From Adineta vaga (lineage: Eukaryota > Animalia > Rotifera), in the NCBI GenBank assembly GCA_021613535.1, contig CP075494.1, positions 4,216,001 through 4,280,000 of the forward strand: a stretch of DNA of 64,000 nt. The letters are read 5' to 3'. The notes under the pieces are model-generated. The model was not told where the DNA came from, ran no database searches, and was given only the letters and a program-made list of their open reading frames with translations. Made by a program: the position numbers and the translations under genes. Below are positions 1-12,547 of the stretch, piece after piece; position 1 is the first letter of the stretch, and the number at the start of each line of letters is the position of its first letter.

Positions 1-1195
1 ACCAGTCATATGTTGCACCATTGATCACCATAAATGTTGATTACTGACTTCTATCTAATGTTCTATACTGTATATATTTTAAGTTGAAAAATAAAAGTTT
101 AAAAGTTGCCACTGGTTGAGGCGTCAACGCAAATGAGTCGTTGTTTAATTACCAGGCTGTTATCAAGACAGATAAATATGTTAGTCAGTGTCTAAACATA
201 ATTATTTATGAATATAGATGCTAATATAGAAGAGATGATTTTGTCCGGATCTAAGATCTCCATTTGATCGACTAAACAGAAAGAATGAGAATTACATTCG
301 TTCATATATCTATTCCTAAGGTGTCGGCAATGCGAATTTCGAGTGAATATTTTTTTAAATTTTTTTCGTTTCATCCGATAGAGTTTTAGGCGCTGCTCAC
401 GAATATTTACTTTTTAACCTATTAGCAAAATCTTCCTTCCGGTCGAAAAATACGAAATATTTCAGAACAGTCAGTTTTAAAGAAAAGTGTGTTTTTTCAC
501 GAAATATGTGATAATATCTACTTTGTTGTACGTTTTCGATTTTGAAACTGATTTTGCCTGATTCAGCAGCACAAGCCGAGTCTAAAAAGTTTCTAGCTGG
601 TCACCAGAATCATCGGCATTTCTAAAATGTTTGTAAACGTATAGATGATAAGAAAGTTAATTTAAGTCACCGTAGTTCGTATCTGACTCTAACCTAAGAA
701 CGTTTTATAGTAGACGAAAAAGGACAAGACTATTTTAAGATCTGTTGGATACATATTTATATGATATAGATATAGAAAAAAAAAATCTCCAAATAAAAAT
801 CTTACGATAAAATTGTGCAATATATGTGAAACGAAAAGAAATGGAGAAACAATTTTAAAGTACACTGCCATTTTACCTGCTGTTGTAGAAAAAATAGAAG
901 AAAATCTCTACCAATCGAACAGTGAGTATTGTGTTTGTTGTGATTACATCATATTAATTTCATCGTAATAAATAAATATGTAAATCAAATGAAAAGAAGT
1001 GAGTAGAGATTATAACATAAATTCAAAGATATACAAGTTGTCATCATCGTTCTCAATTGCATTCTAATAGATAATTTAGTAGTTTTTCTCCAGAAATAAT
1101 ATTACAAAAATCTTGATGTAACGACATAAACTTATATTAAGATGAAGAATATCCTTTAGATTTCATCGAATAACGTCAGTTTGACGAACGAGATT

Positions 1196-2570
1196 ATGGC
1201 TAGTTCGCGAAACAAATCTAATATGTCTTCAAAATGTATAAAATGGATGTGGAATTCCAATACAGATGCATTCTCAAAGTCAGATTCACCCAATTGGTGT
1301 TATTTTACAGATGCCGAAAATATGATTATAGAAGAAGCGTTTATAGCTCATAAAACTCATGCTATGCTGGACGACTATCATATCGACTTCAAGAATAATA
1401 TGCAGATTTCTAACAACGATGTTAATAAGCAACGACCAGTTAAACGAAAAGTATGTGATGAAAATGAAAGAATTCTACGAGAAGATAGATTCCTTCCGAA
1501 TCCTGTCGCTCCAGATCGTCCTTTTGGTGAACGATATGGTTTTATTTCACCTTTTATAAAAGAAGCAGCCTACTCTCTTAACATTCGCCGAGGTGAATTA
1601 CCTTCTAAAAATAAATCGATCATTCCAATAATTGTAGAAAAAGCAGCTCTTGGAATTATTGAAGAAGGTAAGAAAATGGGCAAACACAAGGAAGCTGAAA
1701 GCATAGCAAAGAAGTTGAAAGATACAAAGAATCTTGGAATGGATAAAGTCTGGCGATGTTGTGCATATCTGTATACTTTAGAGACTTTTCTGTATAAGAA
1801 AATAAATGAAATTATGCGATTGATTGGAGACAAGGAGCATGAACAAATTTGGAAAAGTAAAATAGATACGTTGGGCCCATATTGTCTACTTCTGTGGGAT
1901 AATCCATTTAATAAAAAAATGATTCAACCAAATACAATTTTGTATCGAGGAGCTAATGTACCTGATCATTTATTAGCATTATTTAAAGGTGATGATTCGA
2001 AAGTTGAAAAACCATGGCATAGCTTTCAAGCATTTACTTCTTGTTCCCGTAATCGAAAAGTTGCCGAAAGTTTCGGCAATGTTTTATTCATTATGAAAAC
2101 TCTTGTTGCTTTTACTGTTGATCTTAGTTCATTATCTGAATATCCTGATGAAGAAGAGGAGTTACTATTTCCTGGTGTGTCATTTACCATTGATCAAATA
2201 GATATTAATGATAAGGGAAAGCATTTAATTTATTTAACTCTTCATCAACGGCATAATAGTAAGTAAACATAAGTTTTCTTTCACTTATCCGAAGAAATAG
2301 CAAGTAATGAATTTGAGCTCATATTCACGGGAACTTCGATTAGACATATATAAAGTTTAAATAAAAATAATGAATAGATATAAAAGAACAAAGTTAATAT
2401 TTTGTTTTGTATATACTTTTCTAGAATTTGATATGGCTCAAATCGGTCAAGCATCGAACATGCTAAAGACAAAACCTTTTAATTCTCGTCTTCATCAAGG
2501 TACTAGTCTTCGTCTTGATCGTAACGATGATAACGCTGAACGTGATGGCTATGATGATGATTGGGATTGA
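1196..2570 (+). CDS. WWE domain + R-S-E type (ARTC/cholera-toxin-like) ADP-ribosyltransferase; 2 exons (1196-2258, 2425-2570)
   Basis: N-terminal WWE (WMWNSN...WCYFTDAENMIIEEAF...YHIDFKNNMQIS...QRPVKR). ART motifs LYRGA, FTSCS and EYPDEEEELLFPG. A phase-1 intron GTAAGT(2259)..CTAG(2424) joins in frame to ORF 2370-2570. Confidence 0.85.
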
Positions 2571-2793
2571 GACTGAAGTTTAATTCACAAACTAGAATAT
2601 TTTATGTTATAAACCAAAAAAGATTTTTTCTTGGAGTGATTTATGCCACTTCTTTAAGAAAATAATTTGATATCATGGTGTGAGTATTTTCTCTTTAGTC
2701 TTATATTCACCGAATGAATCCGGAGTTCAATCAAATTTATCAAAACCAATGATGAAAGAAACAAGAACAACTACTTAATGAATATTTGCCAAG

Positions 2794-3110
2794 TTACATC
2801 GTTTTAGGACGATTTTTAAGATATTCAGCAATTTTTGGTTGTTTTGCTACTTCAGCACGATTGTTTTGTAACCATGAATAATTATTAAAACAATCTGGAT
2901 TGAAATCAAGAATAAGTTCTCCAAAATTATAGAAATCTAAATCTGATGGAACGACACCTTTCAGAATACTAAGAATAGCTTCATTATCTACATTATTTTT
3001 ATATTCGATCCATGCGTGATTCTCGTGTAGCATACGTACCCTTCGCTGCTTTGTAGAGAACTACAAGAGTCTTCTCCATAGGTGGATATTTCTTGCGTAA
3101 TTGAAGATAG
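2794..3110 (-). pseudogene. Coding-like fragment of unknown protein
   Basis: 79-aa ORF with protein-like composition. The upstream frame is broken by a stop or frameshift. No family recognised. Confidence 0.25.
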
Positions 3111-3561
3111 AGTAAATGCAGTAGGACCCCTAAGATAGATATGAAATTCTTATTTTGAAGAATCATTTTAAACTGATATTTTAGTTACACTTCCAAGATT
3201 TTCAGATAGATGTTCTTGCTCAGTATAGATGCATGTATATAATTTTTCTTTAATCCAAAGGTATAAACAAACGGTTAAAGAAAATATACGGATATGATAA
3301 TAGCTACTGTCATTCTCACGGAGATCCTTTCGAAATATCGTATTCTTTGCGAATTAGATCGTCTAAATATTTGATCAATATATCATTATTTGTTAACGAT
3401 CAGCATAAAATCATTCGTGATCAGCATATGATGAAATATAAGCTTATTTGTAAAGGCTCATTTTTTTATGTTAATAAAAGTTAGTATCGTCAAAGTGAAT
3501 GATTCAGATGTGAAAATATAACAAAAACGACTCGTATTGGAAGAAGTATCCGTATACAACG

Positions 3562-6243
3562 ATGATGAAGATTCAAATCTTGCTAATTATTCTTATTAAA
3601 TATAATTTAGCCATTGAATTTGATCAATTCGATTATTCTATAAGTCCTGATGGTTATTTATCAATATTGCGCAAATCAAACGGAAAAACGCTCGATATTG
3701 CTGGTGTTATAATCAATACACCGATATGGAATTATTCAACGAATGCTAATGAAGATTATTCTAAAGTCAGTTTTTATAGAGATTATTCATGTAAAACGAT
3801 TGATATAAATTTAAAATCGATTACAAATGTTATTGCAATAAAAGGTGATCAATTTGTTTTTCTTGGTATAGATCAAAGTAATACGGATAGAATTGGCTTA
3901 GTTCAACTAAACTATATTTTTGAGGAAAATCACTCAATTGAACTTGAATTTGATATACTCAATAATCAAATGATCGAAAATGAATATGACGACCTAATTA
4001 CTGTATTCGATAATCGACTTGGAAATCAAACTTATTTCTTTTCGAACAATGGATTTTTTATATATAATATTCATACATTTGAAATAAGCTCATATTCCTG
4101 GATGAATTCATCCGATTTCAAATATTTTGATAGTTTATTAAATATTATCGTTGTTAATGAAAATTATCTTTTAATTGGATTTGAACAAATGAAATTTGCT
4201 AATGCTTGTGAAAATTGTCCTTTAATTGTATTAGTAGAAATCGATTCATCTACAAATGCACATGTTCATAGTTATGAAATAATCGATCTATCTGAATATG
4301 AAGATATTAATCACCAAATGTTGATATCAACAAATAATTATAATGACATAGTTATATCTTTTCAAGAAATCAATCTGATTATTTTTGGACATATTGATTT
4401 AAATAAGAAACAAATAAAAATCAATTCAAAAAATATTCTTTCAGATCAATTTGGACAGAGTTTTGGCCATTCAATTCTTTGGATAAATAATACGCGACAA
4501 TTAGCTATTCTTTCTTCAAATGCACCTCTTACTAAATTCGCAAATTCATTGATATTCTTTTTCAATTATGAAGATGACGACTTACATGTTCAAAATATTT
4601 TTCCAAATAATCAACAAAAAATTGCTTATGATGATGAAGATGAAGTACCAATTTTTTCAAATTTAATTAACATTAATGGAAACTATTTAGGAATACGATT
4701 AAGTTATTCAAACGATAATTGGTATTTATTAATAATACCATTAATATCATTAGAAGGAAAACAATTCTTTGCTTTTGGTGATGTTATGGATGATGATCTG
4801 ATATATAGATTTGCCAAATTCGATTTTTGCTTACCGGGAATGTATAAAAACTCAAGTAATTCATTGGAACCTTGCGCTTATTGTCCTGTAGGTGAAAAAA
4901 CATCAAAATACGGCAGTTTCCAATGTGAAAAATGTGAGAAAACGGAAAATTGTCCATTAGCTTCATTAAGCGATGAAATAGAATATAAAAATATAAATCA
5001 AATAGTTAGTTATCCATCAAGATCTGATTCTGATTCATTTGATGATATAATTCTATCAAATATATTTCATTTTCAATGTCTTCCAATATCTCCAACGTTT
5101 TGGATGTTTATCATTATTTCTATAACTTTATTATTATTATTTGTGGTTTTTGTTTGTTCATTTTTTCCAACAACATTTCGTTATCGATCAAAAATTCATA
5201 AAATCTTATCACATATTGATTTAATTACTGAAGGTCAATTCTGGCTTGGTGGAGTGGCATCATGTGGTATATTTGTTCTTGTTATATTTGCACTTTTATT
5301 TAGTTTTGAATACATGAATTTATATCCAATTGAAAACTTTCGTCAAGCAGTATTTTCGTGTGATTCAGATATAATCAATGCAAAATTTACTAGTGGATTA
5401 CAATTACTTGCCTTACCAAAAACCGATGAAGAACGTCCAATATTCGATTTACTTGATAATCAAGCATTTACTTTGATATTTCATTTAATAAATACCAATC
5501 TTGATTGTAAATGTTCTAAATTGAATATTACACAAAAGAATGGTGATCATTTCACTTCATATCCATCATTTACTTGTACAAAGAACGATACTAATGTGAC
5601 ATTAACATTAAGTATTACACTTCTCACACATGTCGCACGTACAAGAATAGAAATCAATTCATTTTATCCCATATCAAGTCTTCAAATTTGTTTACAAGGA
5701 TCAAATAAAACCATCGAAAATGGAAAATACGAATTACGTTCATTATTTGTTTGTAATGTTTTTTCTGATCTCAATCATACGATTAGTGATATACCAGACT
5801 TCGATATAACTTTAACAAAAGCTATTAATCGTACTGAACCATTAGATAATAATCAATCAGTAAAATATTCTGGTTTATGGATTCCATTGATTACAGGAAA
5901 CGATATCACAACAAAAACGCTTTTAAAATCTACTGATAATTACATTCGATATCTTCGATTTTCAACAACGATTTCAATTCGTTTATTGGAATCACAATTT
6001 TTTATTCAAAATACTCAACAACCAATTGCACGAAGAAATGAAATACTTTTTCGCAATGTTCTTTTTCTTGGTGTCGTTATTGAAATATTTTCCTTAACGT
6101 TTTTAATTAGTAAACTTCTTCTCTTACCAATTAGTCGTTTGATTTACTACTATTTATTCAAACTTTGTGTTTTCCATTGTTTTACATGTAAAGAAAAACG
6201 AACTAATCCATCAATAAATTACATTGAAAAAACATCAGTTTAA
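3562..6243 (+). CDS. Signal-peptide, multi-pass membrane protein with Cys-rich GCC2/GCC3 (ephrin-receptor-like) module
   Basis: 893-aa intronless ORF with a hydrophobic N-terminus, the motif CLPGMYK...CAYCPVG...CEKC, and three hydrophobic segments (about aa 512-535, 560-582, 830-860). Confidence 0.75.
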   Translation: MMKIQILLIILIKYNLAIEFDQFDYSISPDGYLSILRKSNGKTLDIAGVIINTPIWNYSTNANEDYSKVSFYRDYSCKTIDINLKSITNVIAIKGDQFVFLGIDQSNTDRIGLVQLNYIFEENHSIELEFDILNNQMIENEYDDLITVFDNRLGNQTYFFSNNGFFIYNIHTFEISSYSWMNSSDFKYFDSLLNIIVVNENYLLIGFEQMKFANACENCPLIVLVEIDSSTNAHVHSYEIIDLSEYEDINHQMLISTNNYNDIVISFQEINLIIFGHIDLNKKQIKINSKNILSDQFGQSFGHSILWINNTRQLAILSSNAPLTKFANSLIFFFNYEDDDLHVQNIFPNNQQKIAYDDEDEVPIFSNLININGNYLGIRLSYSNDNWYLLIIPLISLEGKQFFAFGDVMDDDLIYRFAKFDFCLPGMYKNSSNSLEPCAYCPVGEKTSKYGSFQCEKCEKTENCPLASLSDEIEYKNINQIVSYPSRSDSDSFDDIILSNIFHFQCLPISPTFWMFIIISITLLLLFVVFVCSFFPTTFRYRSKIHKILSHIDLITEGQFWLGGVASCGIFVLVIFALLFSFEYMNLYPIENFRQAVFSCDSDIINAKFTSGLQLLALPKTDEERPIFDLLDNQAFTLIFHLINTNLDCKCSKLNITQKNGDHFTSYPSFTCTKNDTNVTLTLSITLLTHVARTRIEINSFYPISSLQICLQGSNKTIENGKYELRSLFVCNVFSDLNHTISDIPDFDITLTKAINRTEPLDNNQSVKYSGLWIPLITGNDITTKTLLKSTDNYIRYLRFSTTISIRLLESQFFIQNTQQPIARRNEILFRNVLFLGVVIEIFSLTFLISKLLLLPISRLIYYYLFKLCVFHCFTCKEKRTNPSINYIEKTSV

Positions 6244-7401
6244 TAAAAGATATTCTATTATTTTCGATTCGATTGTAACTCATTTGAAAAACTATCTACT
6301 TTTATTAGCGAGGTTAAATATTCAACTAATTTAGTCCTTATGTAGGTTGTGTCATTTCTGAACACGATAATTTCGGATCAACATCAGATCGTCGATACAG
6401 ATATAATGTAAGGATATCCAGACTGAATGTTATTGAACGAAGTATAACAAGGGGATAAATATAAAATACTAAATTACGTGCAATAAGTTAAAACGATAGA
6501 AATATCCAGTCATCTGGAAAGATAAGAAAAGATGTCTGCGTATGTATGTATATCCTATTCAACTTACAGATACCATTAATTGAAGACCATGTGCTCTAGT
6601 CAATGTACAAATGAATGCTTGTTCTTTTGATAATATGACATAAAGTAGATGGAGCTGTAATATTTTTCGATGAATTATTTACATGAATATAACCACGCCA
6701 CAAGAGAACAACTCTTTTCTTAGTATACATTGTGCAATTGCAATGGACGATTCGTCAGTCATATTGTATTCGAAATAAATGACAGATATCGATGTCTCTT
6801 TTCTCTCCTTGACGTTTTTCTCCGAAAAAAAAAATGGAAAACTAATTACTTGTCTTTCTGCTTTGGTTTTGAAGAAAGATGAATAATTCATATGGAGAGG
6901 AACTGATCTGTGTGCTTACCATTTCTCTTTTTATGATGTACTCAAAACGTTTTTCATTATTCATGCTCTCACTGCAATCATTCTGTATAAACATACACTC
7001 ATCGTCTACGTATGTCATCGAAGAAAAAAACCACGTATAAGAATTGAAAGTGTCCGTTGCCTTTACTAATGTCGTCATACCAAAATTCGTCGAAAAATTC
7101 ATCTGACGCAGTCGACTGAATGTTGTATGTTTTCTTTTGCTAAAAGCATTAAAAAAATGCTAAAGAGTAAGCGATTTTTCCAAGTTTGCAGTGAGAAATT
7201 TATCGACTATAAATGGTATGGAATAATCAGCGTCGACAGTCACCATAATATTATTCTTTCTTCCGAATTCTTTCCGTTCTTCAATACTTCACACGCTTGT
7301 TTTGTGTTTGAAGTAACAACTCATTTTGAGTTCTGTAACTTTTAAATTGACAGAATCGTCGATACTCAATATTCTTTTGAAAAAAGTTGGTCTGATATCT
7401 G

Positions 7402-9028
7402 ATGTCACATGGTAATTATTCTACATATGTCGAATGGATGTGGCAATCAAATCCAAATCCTTATTCAACAACTGAGCCGGAAGAATGGAGTACTTATTCG
7501 GAAGAACCTTCTGGAATTATCGAAGAAGCATATCAAAATGGCGATCATTATGCTTATTTAGAGGATTATACTATTGATTTGGAAGAACGTTATCAGATTT
7601 CAAATAAAAATCGTACAAGAAGAAGACCTATAAAACGAGTAGAACATAATAAAGGTATTGATTTTTTTTGAATTGTACGAGATATCATCAGCAAAAATCG
7701 TAGAAAATCTCATCCATGTATTAGGGGAAAATAATGGAAAGGGTGATATATTCGGAGAATTCATTTCTAATGTAACTGAAAATTATAGAAAAAGAAATAA
7801 TGTTGTTAGTTTATCTACAGATATTATACTTTAGAATCTTGGCTTCAGCGTATAAGGAAGCTCGGTCGAGGAGGCTTTGGTATTGTGTACGAAGGTATTT
7901 ATCGTGGATCTCGACAAGTTGCTTACAAAGTCACACAATCTCACTTATCTCCAGAAGCTATGACTGAAACAAATATTCTTAAAACACTTTCTCATCCGAA
8001 TATAGTTCGTTATATCGACGTTATTCATACATCAAAACATACATTATTAGTTATGGAACTTGTAGACGGTGGTACTCTATTCAACTACATTCAAGAGAGA
8101 CCATTCTCAAATAAATATTGGAATGAATGTCAAAAAATGATGATCGATGTGGCTTATGCTTTGACCTATTTACAAGAAAAAAATATTGTTCATGCTGATT
8201 TGAAATCTGATAATATTTTATTGCGATCGGATAACATAGCAGTACTTTCTGATTTTGGTCTTTCAAAAATAGTTAAAGATTCATCAATGAAACACAGTTA
8301 CACAGATACAGGTAGGTTATTTTTACGACAACTTACTTATGTATTAAATATCAATGGATATTAATTTTTGAACTTGATACTATTAGTTAACATTCATTTT
8401 AGGAGCTATCCGATGGCTTTCACCAGAGCTTTGTACTCGTGTTCGAGTTATATGCTCACCTTTGTCCGATGTTTGGGCTTATGGATGCGTCTTATTGGAA
8501 ATAATAACAAAGAAACTACCTTGGGATGAATTATTTTTATCGAATGAAGAACTTATGCGTGCTCTTTCTGATGAGAGCAATGCTAGATTATTTCAAAACT
8601 GTTGCTACAATCAAAAAGCACCGGATCATTTTCATAAAATGCTTCGCGCCTGTTGTACTTGGTCAAAAAACAATCGACCAAGTTTCGCCAAAATCATCAG
8701 AGATTTTCACCCTACAACGATTCCTGATGACCAATCTCAAATCAGACGTTCCGTGTCTAATGACGAAACCGATGTAACGCACTCTCAATGGCAATCTTCC
8801 ACTAGAAATCGTCCTCAAACTTCCATGGGAATACGCAACTCCCAACGAAAGAGTCTACCTTTGAATAGAGCATTATATGACCTTGAAGATGATGATAACT
8901 ATACATTATCTTCATCATCATCGTCAAAACCGTATTATCCAACACAGACTACATATTCTAAAAATGCATCAATGAAACGTCCGTCCACATCATATAGATG
9001 TGATGACGACGATGATGATTATTTTTAA
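7402..9028 (+). CDS. WWE domain + protein kinase (TKL-like, non-RD); 3 exons (7402-7654, 7835-8311, 8403-9028)
   Basis: Exon 1 is a WWE domain. The spliced product reads LGRGGFGIVY, VAYK, HADLKSDN, DFG, GAIRWLSPE, SDVWAYG. Both introns are phase 1 GT-AG and restore the frame. Confidence 0.85.
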
Positions 9029-9628
9029 CAATGAAACAACGCACAAAACTCGCATACTTTCGCATTTTTTTCCATTTTGAAAATAATGAAAAGAAATACA
9101 GGAGATGCCCCATGACGATCTATTCTGAATGATATCGGTCTAGAGCGCAAATTTGTTTTCTCATTATTTATATCAACGTTTTACTTTTCTATAGATATAA
9201 CAAATTCCATGTAAATACCGTTAACAGATAGATTACATCTCGCTCTTCATCTTAGTGTATGGTATCAACGCATGATAAATGAAATAAAATGAAAACATCT
9301 ACTAAGGAACTCTCATACGTGATCTTTTTTAATATAGATTCTAAAAAATAAAATAACATACATAGGCCATCAACGAATCTGTCTATGTATGTACGTGATT
9401 GAACTTTTGCAATCAGTTAGAATAGATTTTTATACAAAACTACTGATTCATACTAATTACATACAGGTTCATTGGAATTTTATTGTCGTATACAATACAG
9501 TGAAACGTGAATTTCGCCGTTAGTTGATACACGTTTTCGGAGAGAAAACAGATAAAACAAAATATAATCGAAGTAAATTCAAATTTTATTTACAAAAATT
9601 ATAAATCATCAATTTCAAGTGACAAGAC

Positions 9629-10282
9629 ATGCCAGAGTTAATCATGCAACCACCTTCGTAAGATTATAGATACTGCTTTCTTATTGGTGAAATATCTGCT
9701 CGTTTCTAATGTTTTTTTTTAATCCGCCATAAAATCATATATCATATGTGTACCAAAATACTGTTTTCATTCTTTCTCAGAATGATCATTTAAAAAAGGA
9801 TCATCATAGCCCTAGTCATATTTATCGGTTTGGGTCTACTGGCAATTGCAATCTTAATCGTTGTTTCTTTGATTCCTGTATCATTAACATTTGATGATGG
9901 ACAATCTTCTGGATACAGTAGCAATACATACCATAAGGACATGCATTAGGTGAAAATTTATGGTGGATAGGTCCATCAGCAGTAATCAACATGGCTACTT
10001 TAAATGGTGAATACACGTATATTTTGAAAAGAATTCATTCCTGTTAATTCTCATTCTAGGTCCGAGTCCAGTTAATACATGGATGGATTAAGTAACCAAT
10101 TACACTTGATTGTCGCCTGGTTTTTCCGCGTATACAGGACATTTCACTCAATTAGTTTGGCGATCTACTACTATTTTGGGTATCGGTCTTTGGTGTACAA
10201 CAAGTGATACTAGTTGTCAATTATTATCATGCTGGACATTTTGCAAAGAAATACCCTCAAAATATTCTACTGCAATTGATTA
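9629..10282 (+). pseudogene. Degenerate membrane-anchored CAP/SCP (PR-1/GLIPR2-like) gene
   Basis: Manual translation gives a TM segment IIIALVIFIGLGLLAIAILIVVSLIPV, then GENLWW and TGHFTQLVWRSTTILGIG (CAP signature). It has in-frame stops near 10088 and 10107 and frameshifts. Confidence 0.7.
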
Positions 10283-10810
10283 AAAACTGACAGTCTACAT
10301 TCATTCTCTCTACAACTTCAATTCTTGAATATACATCAAACTCTTACTTTTCAGACACTAAATCGACTGCAATGAAGCTTGAATGTAGTGAGTGTCTGAG
10401 TTAAACGAAAAGCTAGGGATGTTATTTGACATTTATCAAATAAGAAAGTTGTTAAAATACGTATATTTTTATTCTCTTTCATTTGTATTGGTGATCGAAC
10501 AGACATTTCTTAGAATGATGCAATTACGTAATTCAAAAAAAGAAAAGCTAATAAAATATACCAAAAATCTTTGAACACGTTTATATTCACTTCTCACTGG
10601 AGAATTGACTTAAAAGTGCTGATGAATAAGTAAGAATTATAGTAATATTTCGATAGTTTGTAATGGCGCTATACTTTCTTCTATCGTTATAAAACGTTCT
10701 TTCTTTCTCGTAGAATCAAGACACGTGTACATTCTTTTTTTTTATTCTGTTATTATTACAATCAACTTGTCTGACGATGTATTTTACTTTATTCTTGGAA
10801 TAAATGTGCG

Positions 10811-12332
10811 CATGACAAGTATGTTTGGTCGACCAGTAATCAGAGGTATATGTCATAAAACGTCAATTGATCAAATATAGATCTTTTCTTTAATTTAATT
10901 GCTGCTGTTATAGAGTTTTTAAATATAGATTTTCTTTTACATCCTATTGAAAGAAATTTAAAACTAACTTGGTTTTCATAGGAAAAAGAGTTGCGAAAGA
11001 TTCATCGGTTATTGTATCTTCAACTGAAACGACGAATAACTTCATTCCTGTTGACGGTGTAGATAAAATCAATAAGAATGGTACTCAGATACAAATTCGT
11101 GTAAAACTCTTTCACCTGTGTGCTATGCCATTATATGAAAATAAATCAATTGAGGTTGGGCAAACACAAGATCATAAAAGATATATTTTTATTTTTGCTT
11201 ACATTTAGGAACATCGGTTTGAATATTATGAAAGAAATAGAAAATCTTCACTGCGAACAATTCAATACTCACCTTCGCCTTCAAATGCGAGTTCTTCATT
11301 TGGGGTGTCAACAATAAATGACATAAGCAGTATTTGAGAAATGCTGTTAAAATTTAATTTCTATGTATATGCATTTTATAATTGTAGCTAGATATCCGTT
11401 TGGATCGAATACTGTAACAACATTCTCAACGAGCCCTGTGATGGTAACATCTCTTATAAAAGAAAGCTAGAAATAAAAATCTCATTTTCAGAATACTCAT
11501 TTCAACAGTTTTGTTCCTACTACTGCATGCCTACCATCCACACCACTATTTACAGTGGCTCAAGATTTTGGTATAGTTAGCGCTTTAAAAGTTTTCAAAT
11601 TGTTTCTAGCAATAAAAATTATCGTTTGAGATTTCCTAAACTTTCAATTCATTTTCAAGAGATTTTTAATTTGTTCCATGATTTGCATGTTTTTATTTTA
11701 GCACTTGCCGTAAAAGAATTAAATGATTGTATGAGAGAACTCAACAAACACGTTCGTATTTCCATTCAATACATTAAGTTTTCATTAATTATCATTAGAA
11801 ATAATCTACTATCTAGAAAACTGCAACTGACCAAGAACAAACAAGTTTACAAAATAAATTTATACCGCACCCTTCTTCAGAGATTATTTGTTGTTGTACA
11901 GATTGTCAAAAAGCACCACAGATGCAATGTCTTCATTGTTCAAAACAAGTTTGTATAGATTGTGCACAAAAACATGTTGAACTCTCTAATCAACAAATCG
12001 AAGCTGCTAAACAAGTTCTTGCGAATAAGATAAACGTACTTGATCGATTGGTTGTAGCAGCAAAGGAACGGGTTAAAATTGAACGAGAGAAGATTATTCA
12101 ACAAGCAGACACCGAACGAGATCGAGCATTTATTCAAATAGATGAATTATATGAACAACAAAAGAAACAATTACAAGATAAAAGTACTGAAATGCATCAA
12201 TTAGGATTAGATAAAATATCGTCTTATATTCAACGTATGACAAATGAAATAGAAGATCTTAATGAAGATAATCAACAATTATTTTGCGTCATAGGCACAC
12301 CAGGTAAAATACAAGTGCAACACAATCACTAA
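10811..12332 (+). CDS. Multi-exon protein with C-terminal B-box-like zinc finger and coiled coil
   Basis: Last exon (from about 11817) reads CCCTDCQKAPQMQCLHCSKQVCIDCAQKH followed by a heptad-rich helix. Several short upstream GT-AG exons; the 5' structure is uncertain. Confidence 0.55.
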
Positions 12333-12547
12333 TTAAAGAAAACAATACGCCGAAAAAACTCATGATTTTCAATTGAAATACATTTTCATTCCGAAAATAA
12401 ATTTGGAATAAACTAATATTTTGTTGTTAAAATCAACAAGTCGTTCGACACGTGCGTCGTGTTTGCTTTCTTTCCTTTTCTTCCTTGGTAAGTTGGAAAA
12501 AAATAACGTTTTCACGACTAAAGTCAAATACATACGGCTATTCGAAC

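Noticed and set aside
200-700. Possible non-autonomous transposon remnant
   Set aside because: No terminal repeats, target-site duplication or transposase similarity could be established by eye.
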